A program made the translations under genes and the position numbers. A stretch of DNA of 64,000 bases from Paraspadella gotoi. Lineage: Eukaryota > Animalia > Chaetognatha. Shown piece by piece: positions 34,967 to 56,100 of this stretch. The stretch lies in assembly GCA_051294375.1 (NCBI GenBank), contig CM119268.1:23631938-23695937 (forward strand), in the 5' to 3' direction. Within the stretch, counting starts at the first letter, position 1, and each line of letters begins with the position of its first letter. Below the pieces are notes generated by a model. The model was given only the letters and a program-made list of their open reading frames with translations. It did no database searches and had not been told where the DNA came from.

Positions 34967-36385
34967 ATGAACGACCCCAAGGTTGAATCGGATCAACCGC
35001 CTCCTTACGTCTCGACTCACTACGAAACGTTTCCCTCTGGCGCCACCTACACGGCGCCGAATCCGCAGCAGCAGTCGTACGGGCAACAGCAGCAGTACGG
35101 CCCCCCGCTGCCGTACGGGCAACAGGTGGTCTACGTGCAACAGCAAATTGCGCCGCCGATTTCGGAGACAGAAATAGATGACCATTTGTCTTTGGCCGTC
35201 TTTGCTACCATCTGCTGCTTTTGGCCAGTCGGTCAGTAGGGTTTGGGTCTGAGATGTTTGGCCAGTGGGTGAGGAAATTTGGGCTTGAGTGATTGGGCTA
35301 AATATTTTTTGGCTTTGGAAGTTTGGCTCTAGTCGTTTGTCTATTCGGTATAGAATTTAAAAGTAAAAGATTTAGGCTAATTATTTGGCCTGAGATATTT
35401 TACCTTTGGGTGGGGAATTTGGACTTGAGAGATTGGGCCAAGGATTGTTTGGCCTGAGATATTTTACTTTTGGGTGGGGCATTTGGGCTTGGAGATTGGG
35501 CCAAGGATTTTTTGGCCTCATAAGTTTGGCCTCTCGTTAAAAGTTTTGTTGAATGAGTCTGGAGAGATTTTTCAAGTTTTCATTTTTGAAAAAAATGTTA
35601 TTAGTAGGTATTAGCAGTATTCGACGAAATTTTTATATTTCTATCGGCCGAAAAATAATAGAGAATTTGATTCCAAAAAACAAGGCTTTTTGAAATATTT
35701 ACTGTATGGAAAATACTAAAAAGAAAAAAAATATTTTTTAAATCTAGGTACTTTACGGGTAAGTCTAACTAAAAACCGAAAAAGAATCTTTCAAATATTG
35801 GAATAGTACAGAAAGCAATATGTCATTTTATTGTTGCGCAAAAACTAACCGGAAATGCAAATGTATTTTCTCTCAACAAATATTAGAATAATTTTGACGT
35901 TTAAAAAATTATTGACATCTTTAAAATAGGATGAAAGCTTAAAAATAGGATGAAAGCTTAATAAAATTGGTACAACCAGTATAAAAATATTTCATTCATT
36001 TAATAAATAAGCTATCTTGTCCCTAACTTTGGACATGCTATGGTGGTTTAAGGACTCCATCTCTATGTTTTACTACAACAAATCGGTTTAAAAAGTTTAT
36101 ATTTTTTTATTCATTCAAATCCGCTTCATGCTCCCTTTTTTCTTTTTGACCCAAAACATAACCGTCCACAACTTACAACCAACACATTACTCCCACAACG
36201 CAGGAATTATGGCCCTAATCAACGCCAACGAGTGTCGCTCTGCACGACTAAGAGGCGATCGGGTCACGGCTCAAATCAGAGCACAAGGGGCACGTCGTTT
36301 GGCCCGGCTCGCTATTGGCCTCGGGATTGGGTCCTTGATTTTAGTTGGGGGTTTGATTGGGCTGATTTTGGCCTTGGGAGGTTAG
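34967..36385 (+). CDS. CD225/dispanin-family (IFITM/PRRT1-like) proline-rich transmembrane protein, 148 aa, 2 coding exons
   Basis: Exon 34967-35231 (ccaaccATG; G|GTCAGT donor) plus exon 36204-36385 (cgcAG acceptor; TAG). The spliced CD225 signature is DHLSLAVFATICCFWPVGIMALINANECRSARLRGDRVTAQIRAQGARRLA, followed by a C-terminal hydrophobic helix. The N-terminus is P/Q/Y-rich with a PPPY motif. Confidence 0.92.
35242..35530. repeat. Degenerate ~63-bp tandem repeat in the CD225 intron
   Basis: tttggcctgagatattttac.tttgggtgggg.atttgg.ctt..agattgggccaaggatt repeated. Confidence 0.7.
35967..36062. repeat. Short dispersed repeat (ttcatttaataaataagctatcttgcccctaactttggaca)
   Basis: Also present at ~11645-11712 (inverted), 20250-20320, 39590-39635, 44008-44050, 53190-53245 and 59368-59420. 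Confidence 0.7.
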
Positions 36386-37301
36386 AGGGGCAGAGAGAGG
36401 GGGGAGAAAGGAGTGAGAGAGAGGAGAGAGAGGGAGAGAAAGGAGAGAGTGGGGAGAAAGGAGAGAGAGGGTGAGAAAGGAAAGAGAGAGAGGAGAATGG
36501 GAGAGAGAGAGGGATAGGGGAGAGGGATTGGAGAAGAGAGAACATAAAGTGTTGTATTTCATTAACTGTTGAATTTAATCATATAGTATTAAAGTAATTC
36601 ATCTTTTTCTTTTAACTAACAATCACCTCCTTATTAAAGAACATCAAACTGCTTCTTAATTTTTTTTCAGTTATTGAGTCAGTTTAAGTTTTAAGTTATT
36701 CAAGTAATTTTAAATTTGAAACCCGTTCTTTTCTAGCAAACTTTATTAATAAATCAAACTCATTTCGTTTAAGAAAAAAAATTCCAATATGCAAATTTCT
36801 TTTCGTTAAAATTAAAAAAAAAATTAACATATACCACAGTGGAGATCTTGATTATTATTAGTTCGCCATTTTTATCTCGACCTCCTTCTCTCTACATAAT
36901 ATCTAAATTCTAAAGTAGATAAAAAATATATTTCAACTCGACTTTTAAGAATAAAAATATCGGTAATTAAAAATTATTTAAACTCGTTTGAATATTTGTA
37001 ACATGTTAAAAATGTTAAAATTGCTCAACGATGAGATCCAGGAAAAGTTTGGATCAAAAAATAGCAAGAAAATAATAATGAGAGTTCCAACCGCCCAAAA
37101 AGGGTAAGGTAATTGACGAGGTGAGGCCTGACCCGAAAAAAAAGATCAGACAAAGGACGAAGACAGACCTCGCCGATCCACACTCGGAGCTGAGAATCGC
37201 CTTTCCAGATTTACTGACCAAAAAAAGCCTTACCCAAAGACCCAAAGATTAAGACTCGAAAAATAACAAAAATCATCCTTTGTTATCTGGTTGAATCGGG
37301 T

Positions 37302-41621
<4,320 letters not shown>

Positions 41622-42408
41622 TCGCCGAGTCTGTATCTGTCTCCGTTTCACTTCCTAATCCCTTAATTACTCCTTTAATTATTTTACATTTATCTTCCTT
41701 TTTTTTCTTTTTTGAGCCAAAGTGATTTCTTTTATGCCACTAATTTTTATTCTTAAAATGAAAATCAATTTTTCTCGAAGTGAATATAAAAAAAATATCT
41801 TTTTAATGCGCAACAAGTTAAAAAAACAATCGACAATACAATAAATTAAGCATAATATTTAAATAAATTAATAAACGTTAATCAAAAATCGAAGAATATT
41901 TTATTTGGTTTCATAATTAAACAGACAACAAATAATTTTTGTTGTTGTTGTTTGTTTGTTGTTTTCTTTTAGTTTTCCGCGCGTTATTTTTTCTGGTTTT
42001 TTTTTTTCGCGCGCAACAAAAAAACAAAAGCGAAAAATAAAAACATAAAAGGAAAAATTCGAACTTCGAAGCAAAACAGTTCGACTGCGAATTTCCCTTT
42101 TGACAAAAAAAAAAAAAAAACAGTTTTGAGCAAAAAAAAAAAAACATTTGGAAAAGGAAACAGTTTTGAGCGCGAAACAGTTTTCAAAATCGGGGGAAAA
42201 AGTTTTCACTAAACAAGACTGAATATTTTAGTACGTATATAAAATCTAACATCTAAATAAATTAACATTAAGTTAACATTGAGCGTCATGTAAATTGATC
42301 TGGTTAAGTATCAAACATATCCAACAATATAATATCTAATTAACTACTACTATAAAAAAAAGGTGGCCCATCCCCTTAAAAGACCAAATAGAGATTCTCT
42401 CTTCCTTT

Positions 42409-46392
<3,984 letters not shown>

Positions 46393-46530
46393 GATGAAGG
46401 TTCAAGTGGATCGTCGACCCGAATTGAAGTAGAAAATGATGTTGAAAATGATGTAGGAGATGAAGGCTTCGGTTGTCAAAGGATACGAGAGGCGATCGAG
46501 ACCGAAGTGGCTCGTCCAAAGTGTCGGCCC

Positions 46531-46871
46531 TTTTCTATACTTGAGGAGCGAGAATGAGAGCAGATGAGTGAGACGAAGAGGCAGATCGAGAGAAGACGGA
46601 GACGAGAAGACGAGAGAAGACAGGAGAGAGAGAGAGAGAGAGACAGCGTACGTCGACGAGCCTTTTCCTTATTCGGTCGTCACGAGAAAGACATTTGAAA
46701 TAAGCGTCTCACGATTGGTTAATCGGCGCGGGACGGTCGCTGATTGGTCAATCGGATCGGGAAGATCTATGATTGGTCGAACAGGTTGAAAAGCGTCGCT
46801 CATTAGTTTTTTGACAGGTGAATCGGCATCGCTGATTGGCCCGGGGAAAGTTGAAAAGGTATTCTGATTGG
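46531..46871 (-). promoter_or_regulatory. Putative actin promoter: TATA-like box, CArG-like box and five CCAAT boxes
   Basis: Minus-strand TATAGAAAA at ~46531-46539; CCTTATTCGG (one mismatch to CArG) at 46667-46676; ATTGG at 46714, 46743, 46772, 46835 and 46867, all upstream of the actin ATG. Confidence 0.55.
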
Positions 46872-46934
46872 TTGTGGGAAGTCGCTTTAGAAAAAAATCG
46901 TTTGCGATTAAAAATGATTAGGGGGAAGGGAGAG

Positions 46935-46986
<52 letters not shown>

Positions 46987-47510
46987 AGGGGAAGGGGAGC
47001 GGAAGGAGGGAGAGAAGGGGAAGGGGCTTAGTAAATAAGAAGAGGAAAAGGACAGCAGCAAAAGGAGAAGGAAAGCAGGGGAAGGGAGCAGGGAGAAGAA
47101 GAAGTAGAGAAGGAAAGGGGGCAGGGGGCAAGGGAAAGGAGAGAGGAGAATGGGGAATGTCGGGCATGGATTAGGCGGGGAAAAGCGTGAGAGGGGCAAG
47201 TGGGAGGAGATAGGAAAGGGAAAAAAGCCGGAAAAATTATTACTTTGGGATTTTGAATTCGGGTTGAATTCAGTTTTTTGACTGAATTAAATTTGGAACT
47301 TAAAAGGAAAATAAGAAAATTTGTGATTTTGATTGTGATGGTTTTTAGTGATGCATCTTATTGTGGGCGATCTTATGATTGTTAGTGAAAAAAAATAGTT
47401 TGTTATTATCTTTATGTTTGATATTAAAATTATTATAAATTTTATATTATTATGATTAACAACATCATTATCATTACCGTATCGTCATCACCTTCATGAT
47501 CATGTTAATG

Positions 47511-47554
<44 letters not shown>

Positions 47555-48023
47555 TATCATCATCATCATCATCATCACGATCGACGTCGACCCAATTTTG
47601 GTCACATCGTCTCTCGTTGGTTTCACTTTTCACTTTTCACGATTTCAACTGAAAAAATCAAATCGAAAATAAAATGTGATCACNNNNNNNNNNNNNNNNN
47701 NNNNNNNNNNNNNNNNNNNNNNNNNNNNNNNNNNNNNNNNNNNNNNNNNNNNNNNNNNNNNNNNNNNNNNNNNNNNNNNNNNNNNNNNNNNNNNNNNNNN
47801 NNNNNNNNNNNNNNNNNNNNNNNNNNNNNNNNNNNNNNNNNNNNNNNNNNNNNNNNNNNNNNNNNNNNNNNNGAGAGAGAGATAAGTCCACAAGTATACA
47901 AAACATATATACAGTTCTTTATTTTGTTTTCTGAGTTTCATGACGTGATATTGATAAGTTTATAAACATTTCTAAGATCGAAACGTTGTGATATAAATCC
48001 TTTCTTTTCGTTGTTTGAGAGAA

Positions 48024-48133
48024 TTAGAGACAGTTTGAGTTCAGTTTTGACAACGATTTTGTTTTAATTAAAACAATAAAACATTTACATTAAAACAAAA
48101 TCGTTGTCAAAACTGAACTCAAACTGTCTCTAA
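48024..48133. repeat. Perfect 45-bp inverted repeat with 20-nt spacer
   Basis: 48024-48068 is the reverse complement of 48089-48133. Confidence 0.9.
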
Positions 48134-50948
48134 GATCGAAACAAAACATTAATTGAATATTTTACTTTAAAATGATAATTATTAAGATCATCTTTATTCT
48201 ATTAACTTAAATGTTGCTGAATCCAATTTTAATAATCAGTTTTCTCTAGTGTTTAACGTTTAAAAAGAGACTTTGACCTCAAAATGATCACAAATTGAAA
48301 TTCATCAAAATTAATACTATAATAGTTTTTTTCTTTTATTTTATTAATAACAAAAACGATATTAACACAATTGTTAAATACAAAAACAGCAACGGAATCA
48401 ATAAAAACGTAAAAAGACTGGAACTGCTTCAACGTCATCACATGCAACAGAACTCTCATATATTTTCACACGAGAGTTATAACAATCNNNNNNNNNNNNN
48501 NNNNNNNNNNNNNNNNNNNNNNNNNNNNNNNNNNNNNNNNNNNNNNNNNNNNNNNNNNNNNNNNNNNNNNNNNNNNNNNNNNNNNNNNNNNNNNNNNNNN
48601 NNNNNNNNNNNNNNNNNNNNNNNNNNNNNNNNNNNNNNNNNNNNNNNNNNNNNNNNNNNNNNNNNNNNNNNNNNNNNNNNNNNNNNNNNNNNNNNNNNNN
48701 NNNNNNNNNNNNNNNNNNNNNNNNNNNNNNNNNNNNNNNNNNNNNNNCGACACAGATCATCTTTCCTTTGGGCACCAGACGGCGTCTCTATCTCTATCTC
48801 TCTCTATCTGTTTGTCTCTATCTCTCTCTGTCTCTATCTCTCTCTGTCATTCACGGATGGAGCCATCCAGGGTCAAACTTTACTGAGAACACTTAGGTCC
48901 CATGAAATTCATAGAAAGTAATGATAAAAATGATCAAAACAGTTACGGTCCTCGTTCCTATTTATTAAAATTNNNNNNNNNNNNNNNNNNNNNNNNNNNN
49001 NNNNNNNNNNNNNNNNNNNNNNNNNNNNNNNNNNNNNNNNNNNNNNNNNNNNNNNNNNNNNNNNNNNNNNNNNNNNNNNNNNNNNNNNNNNNNNNNNNNN
49101 NNNNNNNNNNNNNNNNNNNNNNNNNNNNNNNNNNNNNNNNNNNNNNNNNNNNNNNNNNNNNNNNNNNNNNNNNNNNNNNNNNNNNNNNNNNNNNNNNNNN
49201 NNNNNNNNNNNNNNNNNNNNNNNNNNNNNNNNNNNNNNNNNNNNNNNNNNNNNNNNNNNNNNNNNNNNNNNNNNNNNNNNNNNNNNNNNNNNNNNNNNNN
49301 NNNNNNNNNNNNNNNNNNNNNNNNNNNNNNNNNNNNNNNNNNNNNNNNNNNNNNNNNNNNNNNNNNNNNNNNNNNNNNNNNNNNNNNNNNNNNNNNNNNN
49401 NNNNNNNNNNNNNNNNNNNNNNNNNNNNNNNNNNNNNNNNNNNNNNNNNNNNNNNNNNNNNNNNNNNNNNNNNNNNNNNNNNNNNNNNNNNNNNNNNNNN
49501 NNNNNNNNNNNNNNNNNNNNNNNNNNNNNNNNNNNNNNNNNNNNNNNNNNNNNNNNNNNNNNNNNNNNNNNNNNNNNNNNNNNNNNNNNNNNNNNNNNNN
49601 NNNNNNNNNNNNNNNNNNNNNNNNNNNNNNNNNNNNNNNNNNNNNNNNNNNNNNNNNNNNNNNNNNNNNNNNNNNNNNNNNNNNNNNNNNNNNNNNNNNN
49701 NNNNNNNNNNNNNNNNNNNNNNNNNNNNNNNNNNNNNNNNNNNNNNNNNNNNNNNNNNNNNNNNNNNNNNNNNNNNNNNNNNNNNNNNNNNNNNNNNNNN
49801 NNNNNNNNNNNNNNNNNNNNNNNNNNNNNNNNNNNNNNNNNNNNNNNNNNNNNNNNNNNNNNNNNNNNNNNNNNNNNNNNNNNNTCTATTTCTCTATCTC
49901 TCTCTAAACTATGTATATAGTTAGTCCACTTTGTAATATTTATGTTAATTTATTTACATTTCTTTAAAATGCGTACATACATATATATGTACAGCTCATT
50001 AACAATTGCATTNNNNNNNNNNNNNNNNNNNNNNNNNNNNNNNNNNNNNNNNNNNNNNNNNNNNNNNNNNNNNNNNNNNNNNNNNNNNNNNNNNNNNNNN
50101 NNNNNNNNNNNNNNNNNNNNNNNNNNNNNNNNNNNNNNNNNNNNNNNNNNNNNNNNNNNNNNNNNNNNNNNNNNNNNNNNNNNNNNNNNNNNNNNNNNNN
50201 NNNNNNNNNNNNNNNNNNNNNNNNNNNNNNNNNNNNNNNNNNNNNNNNNNNNNNNNNNNNNNNNNNNNNNNNNNNNNNNNNNNNNNNNNNNNNNNNNNNN
50301 NNGAACTGACCCCAAGTTTTGTCCCTAATGAGAATTCTATTTAAGGGTCACGGGTCACAGTCGGGTCAGAGATCAAAAGAGTCACGTGGTCACGTATCGA
50401 GTGGACGGAAATTATAAAAAGAAAGACGTTTTCTTGCTCGCTCCGATTTGACATTTCTATTTCGAATTAAGAAAACTGTTTACCGAAAGCATCCCATATC
50501 TGGATTTGGTGCTGAATAAGATTAGTTTTAAGGGTTAAAGTTAAATATTATAAAATATATAATATATATATATATTCCATGACTGTTGTAGAGGTTTTAG
50601 CTCATTTAGCAACTTAAAAATAAATAAAATATAAGAATTAATCATTAAGTAAGGTTAATGAGGCAGGAAAAATCTATTTTTTTTGACTGATCATCATTTG
50701 TTCCACCACCAATGACCTTAGTTTTGAATAGAGTAGTGATTCTTGGGTCCTTAGTTTGTTATTAACCATCATAGAATTATGATTTGTATGGATCACTAAT
50801 TTTAATTCGATTTGTATATCATTACTATTTGTTTATTAATTCTGATTCATAATTTTTGTTTTGCCAGAATTATTCTATTTACTTATTGTTGCTGTCGTTC
50901 CATTTTAAAACGTTAAATTTAATTCTTCGAAGTTTAACCCTTTAAATT

Positions 50949-50983
<35 letters not shown>

Positions 50984-51083
50984 TTCTCTCTCTCTCTCCC
51001 TCCCCCCATTACCTCCCTCTCCTATTTCTCCGGGACATTTTCGAGTCGGGACACGCGAATGTTTCATAATTAGTTCATGAGGA

Positions 51084-51116
<33 letters not shown>

Positions 51117-51671
51117 GAGAGTGTAACTTTAACAATTTCATGTCAGTCGAAAAGGAAAAGGAAAAACAATTTTTTATCAAATCGTTCGTTTAAAAAATCT
51201 AAAAGAAGCACGAACTCCACAAAAATGCATAAAGGCATTTTGCTATTTAAATAATAAAGTAAAATATTGAAACATTATCTTCTGTTCTTCACAAAAAAAT
51301 ATCTCATTTTAGTAAAAAGAAGAAATTTAATATTTTCATTCACCGGAGCCAAGTTGTGAAGTGATTTCTTTGTGAGTCAATTTCTTTTTTCGATTCACGA
51401 TGGATCTTCTTCAAACAGATACGGAAACAACTTTCGTGACGGAAGAGGTAAAAGTTAAATAATGTTTCGTCATGTCAAATCATGTCCCATCATGTCATGT
51501 TATTAAAATTAGTGTTCTCGTTATTAATTAAATTGATTTTCCAATAAGTACGATTAAGAATANNNNNNNNNNNNNNNNNNNNNNNNNATTATTTTATCTC
51601 CAAAGTAAAAATTATTCCTACTGAGTTTAAACCAAAAAAAATACCATTGATAAACTTTTAAATTTCGAATA

Positions 51672-52645
51672 AAACAGTCTGACCCAAACTGACTTTTCCT
51701 TTTAAAAAATAGTTCTTTTAATAAAAATCCTATCCCAAACTGACTTTTTCTTTAATAAATAGTTTCTTTAATTAAAATATCTACCAAACTGACTTTCTTT
51801 AATAAATAGTTTCTTTTATAAAAAGTCTACCCAATACTGACTTTTCTTTAATTAAATAGTTCTCTTAGATAAAAGTCTGACCCAAACTGACTTTTTCTTT
51901 TAAATAAATAGTTTCTTTAAGTAAAAGTCAGGTGACCCGAACACTGACGTTGTTCTTTTAATGAAGATAGTTTCTTTAATAAAAAGTCGACTCGCAATAC
52001 TGACTTTTCTTTAATAATAGTTGTTCCGTTTTAAGAAAAAGTCGGTGTCCGCAGACATGACTTTTGTGGCTCTTTTTATAAATATTTCGTGAGATACTAG
52101 AAAAGGGTGCTGAGCCCAAACTGACTTTTCTGGTTTAATAAATAGTTCTTATAGAGAAGAGTCTGAGCCCAAAACTGACTTTTTGGCTTTGAGCGATATA
52201 ATATGTTTGCTGTTAATAAAAGTCTTATCTCTTATATACTTTTTCTTATTATTATTCTTTAATTAGAAAGAGTCTACCCAAAAACTGACTTGTTCTTTTA
52301 AAAATATTTCTTTAATAAAAAGTCACCCATTAACGTGTTGAGCTTTTTAATATAATAGTTTCTTTTCAATTAAAAAAGTCTGACCCAAACGACTTTTTCT
52401 TTAATAAATGAGGTTCTTTTAATACAAGATAGTCCCTGGTCGTGTTCTGACCCAGACTACTTGTTTTTTTTTAATAAATAGTTCTGTTTACATAAAATGT
52501 AGTTCAGCCCAAACTGACTTTTTCTGCTTAATAAATAGTTTTCTATTTTAATAAAGTCCTTGACTCTCTATACTGACTTTGTTTTTCTGTTAGATAGATA
52601 TAGTTCTAATAAAAAGTTTACCTCCAACTGACTTTTTCTCTTTAA
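51672..52645. repeat. ~50-bp minisatellite with noisy copies
   Basis: Unit approximately aaaagtctgacccaaactgactttttctttaataaatagtttctttaat, repeated with many indels. Confidence 0.85.
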
Positions 52646-53104
52646 GTGTTGAGCTAGATGAATTCAAAGAATCCGTTGGGGTAACCATGCCATCGATCCA
52701 CGAGTATCACTTTTTCAGACAAGTAAACTTCACTGGACTAAAAATATATGTGAAAAACGATCCCGAGTCCCACCTCATTTCTAAAAGCGCTATCTATATT
52801 TCTTTCTATTATATTATTATTGTTATATTATCTATTATATATTAGTTTTGTGGATTTGTAATAACAAATATGTGTTATCTATATTATATTAGGTTAAAAA
52901 CAGAAATTCGAGCGTATTTTAAGAGCTATTTAGGGCACAGTTGGGTATATTATTAAAAATGCTTTCTAACAACTTACTTGTGATGGAACGTTCTAGGTTG
53001 GTGTGAGACTCCGTCGTCGGTCAACTGACAAGTAGCATCCAAAATACACCATTCAATACATCGCACTTGCTCACTCACCTGCAAAAAAACTGGTGTTAAT
53101 GATA

Positions 53105-56100
53105 TTAGTTTGTTATCAGTTCTCATGCTTATTTATTTTAATATAAATTTTTTGTAATGATAATTTAGTAACAAGCAATATAAATTATCGGTTCATTTAA
53201 TAAATAACTCTCTTGGACGCACTTGGTGTTTAGGCCCTTCATACTCTTTATGAGTATATGAAATAGCAGTCCCGTGCAAAGCTTCGAATCAAGAACTCGC
53301 TCTCGAGTCTCGTGTTATTCATGTTACTATCACAGGCGCCGCATTCACCACAGCGGCAACTTCTGTTTTGGGACTAAAGAATCGACTTGTAGCTCACTGT
53401 GCGATGAAAACAAACTATGGTCATTGCATTTGTTTCTTTCTGGGTCTTCGCTTTGGATACATAAATTAGAGAAACATTTATGGGATGTTAAGCATTATTA
53501 TTACATTTAACATTATTTATCCCCATGTGGTTGCGTCACAAGACTTCTGCCTTCTCGAACTCGCGCGCAACAAAGCTTCTTGTAAAAATGTACGAAATCG
53601 TTCTAAAAAGACTGTGTGGATTTCATTATATCATTATCTTATTAGTGGGGTATAATTGTGTTAAACTGTAATCAATGACGATACCTGTTTTCACATAGAA
53701 CGAAAGTTTAACTTCAAAGTGGTAAATTTCAGGCTTAATCTCCTATTTTATCTTCACCTATTTGCTTTATTCTTTCTTTTCCTCCCTCTCTCTCCTCACC
53801 CCCGTGTGATACCCCCTGTCTTTTCAATTTTCCCCATAACCTCCGACTTCGCCGCAGTGAGATCCTGTAAGTACCGCCCCGCCGCCGCCGCCGTTGTCGT
53901 CGTCTCGTCGTCGTTTCGTCGGGCATATTTCCCCATTACGCAAAAATCCGCGTCCGATCTCCGCTGGTCACGTGTCGAAGTCACGTGATTTTAAAAGTCT
54001 CACGGACCTCGAGATGACTAATCGTCATATCACTTTGACCTCGAATGATCTGGAATCTGCTCCAATCACTGACTCGATATTGACTGAAGCGTCCAATCAC
54101 AGACCTCGACAATAGACGAATCTGTCCAATCATGTGATCCGGGGCGAAAGATCACACAACTTGATCATGTGATCAATGCGACTTTCGCCCCGCGAATGTC
54201 ACGCTGATGGAAGACGATTCGAAATCTCAAGTTCACGTGACGAAAAGATGACCAATGATATGCAATTGAGGTCTTGGGAAATTCGAAAGAGGTCTCCGTG
54301 GGCAAGTTTTGTCCGTGATTGTCGTCGTCGTTGTCTGTCGTTTGTCTTCGTCGTCACATCGTCGTGCGTCTTGTCGTCTCTCATCATCATCGTCTTGAGT
54401 CTTAGTCTCTGACGGTCGGACGCACTGGAAACAGCGCCAGCAAATAGTGACCGCGTAGTTTTTCTAATTTGCTGCTGCTTTTACTGCGACCCCTGTCGCT
54501 GCTACTTACCCAACCGCCTGCGCTGCTGCGTCCGCTACTGCAATTGGAGATCAACATCTGCGACTTTGTTATATCCTTCTTACGACATCAGAATTTGACG
54601 CGAATCCTGCAGATTTTTGAAACAGATTGTAGGAATGTTTAAAGGGAAAAGAGAGATGTTACAAATTCGGAACAATTAGGCAAAGATTGAGAAAAAGTTT
54701 TAATAATATAAGAGAAGAAATGAAGAAGGTAAAAGAAGATAATCTTGAGTATAGTAAGATTTAGGGGACTAGCTTCCCTTGTGATACTTTTTCGTTTTAA
54801 GTTTAGCTACTTAATGAACTAGGGATGAGCTATAAATTTTTATTAAAAAATGGTCAGATTCATTACAGAGAAATGGTGGAAAAATAATTTTCGTCTTCAC
54901 TTAACACAGAAAAAGTCAGAGAGAGAAATATATTAAAAGGCCGTAATATAGACATAAAAGCAAGTACATGATCGAAATAAAGCCTCCCGGTAGGTATAGC
55001 GCCGTTAAAAAAAAGACAAAATACGAGAAGCTTATAATCAACAATCTGGTATTAATAGCTATAAAGAAAGGAAACAGGTCCATCTCACGGCGATCGGATA
55101 TTCTAACGAGATGACTCACGGAATTTAAAGTTCCCGACTGCTGCTAGTAACGTTACATTTCAATAAATCCTTTAATGCGTGTTTCCTTAAAATTGGAGCA
55201 TAATTCTGGATTGGAAAGAAAATTGAGAGTTGGCCTTGGGCCCGCTAAGCATCTAAACTTAAACGCTAAAAGGAGTAGAATCTGACACTACCAACCATAT
55301 ACAAAAATTAAGCATTTAGTTAGATATGAGCTCATGGGCTGCGCGCATGACTTTGGACATCGTTCCCATTGAGTTTATTCAAAAGATTCGTTCGAATCAT
55401 TAAGCTAATAATTAAGCTTTAAGTCAGGGGATAAGCGATGACATTAAGACTGTAAAGTTAAAGATAATAGATACAGTTAAGGGTATTAAGGTAGGGTATA
55501 AGGGGATTCATGAAGGGGATTTAGTTTAAGATTAGGGATGTAGATTTGAAGAGTGGAGATTCAAGTTTATACCAAGGGATGGCTTGAGTAGAGCAAAGTT
55601 TGTTTTGATATATTTAAGGTGGCAAGGATTAAGGGAGATGAGCGGCATTAAGTCGAGAAGGTTTGAAAGATTGTGGCCCGTGGAGTGTTCGGGCTGTCCA
55701 GCGATCTCCCTTCTCATCGGCCCAACGGCTTTCTCCAGCAGCCGTAGAGAACAGATGACGCAGCCAGAGAAGAGAAGTTTGAAAAAAACTGCCTAAGACT
55801 GCTGAATGTGGACATCCCAGAAAGGACATAGTCCCAGGCTTGGCCACCGATGCGTCGTGGAGAGCAGAGCCAAGGCCGTTTCGGCGGGTGGACGAACGGT
55901 GACAAGTTGGGGCAATTGGAGGCGCTTGAAGTTGGAGGAGATTGAGAGGAACAAAAAATACTATTAGTTTATAAAATAACGAGTAAGAGATGACTTCATT
56001 ATCTAATAATTACATGGTACAATTTAACGCGCCGTCGTAAATTAACGCTGTCATTGGCAAACCCCATGCAAATTTTTCAATGTTAAAAATATGAATTTAA

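Noticed and set aside
47645-50344. Long ORFs in the ORF track
   Set aside because: They are made of X residues from N gaps.
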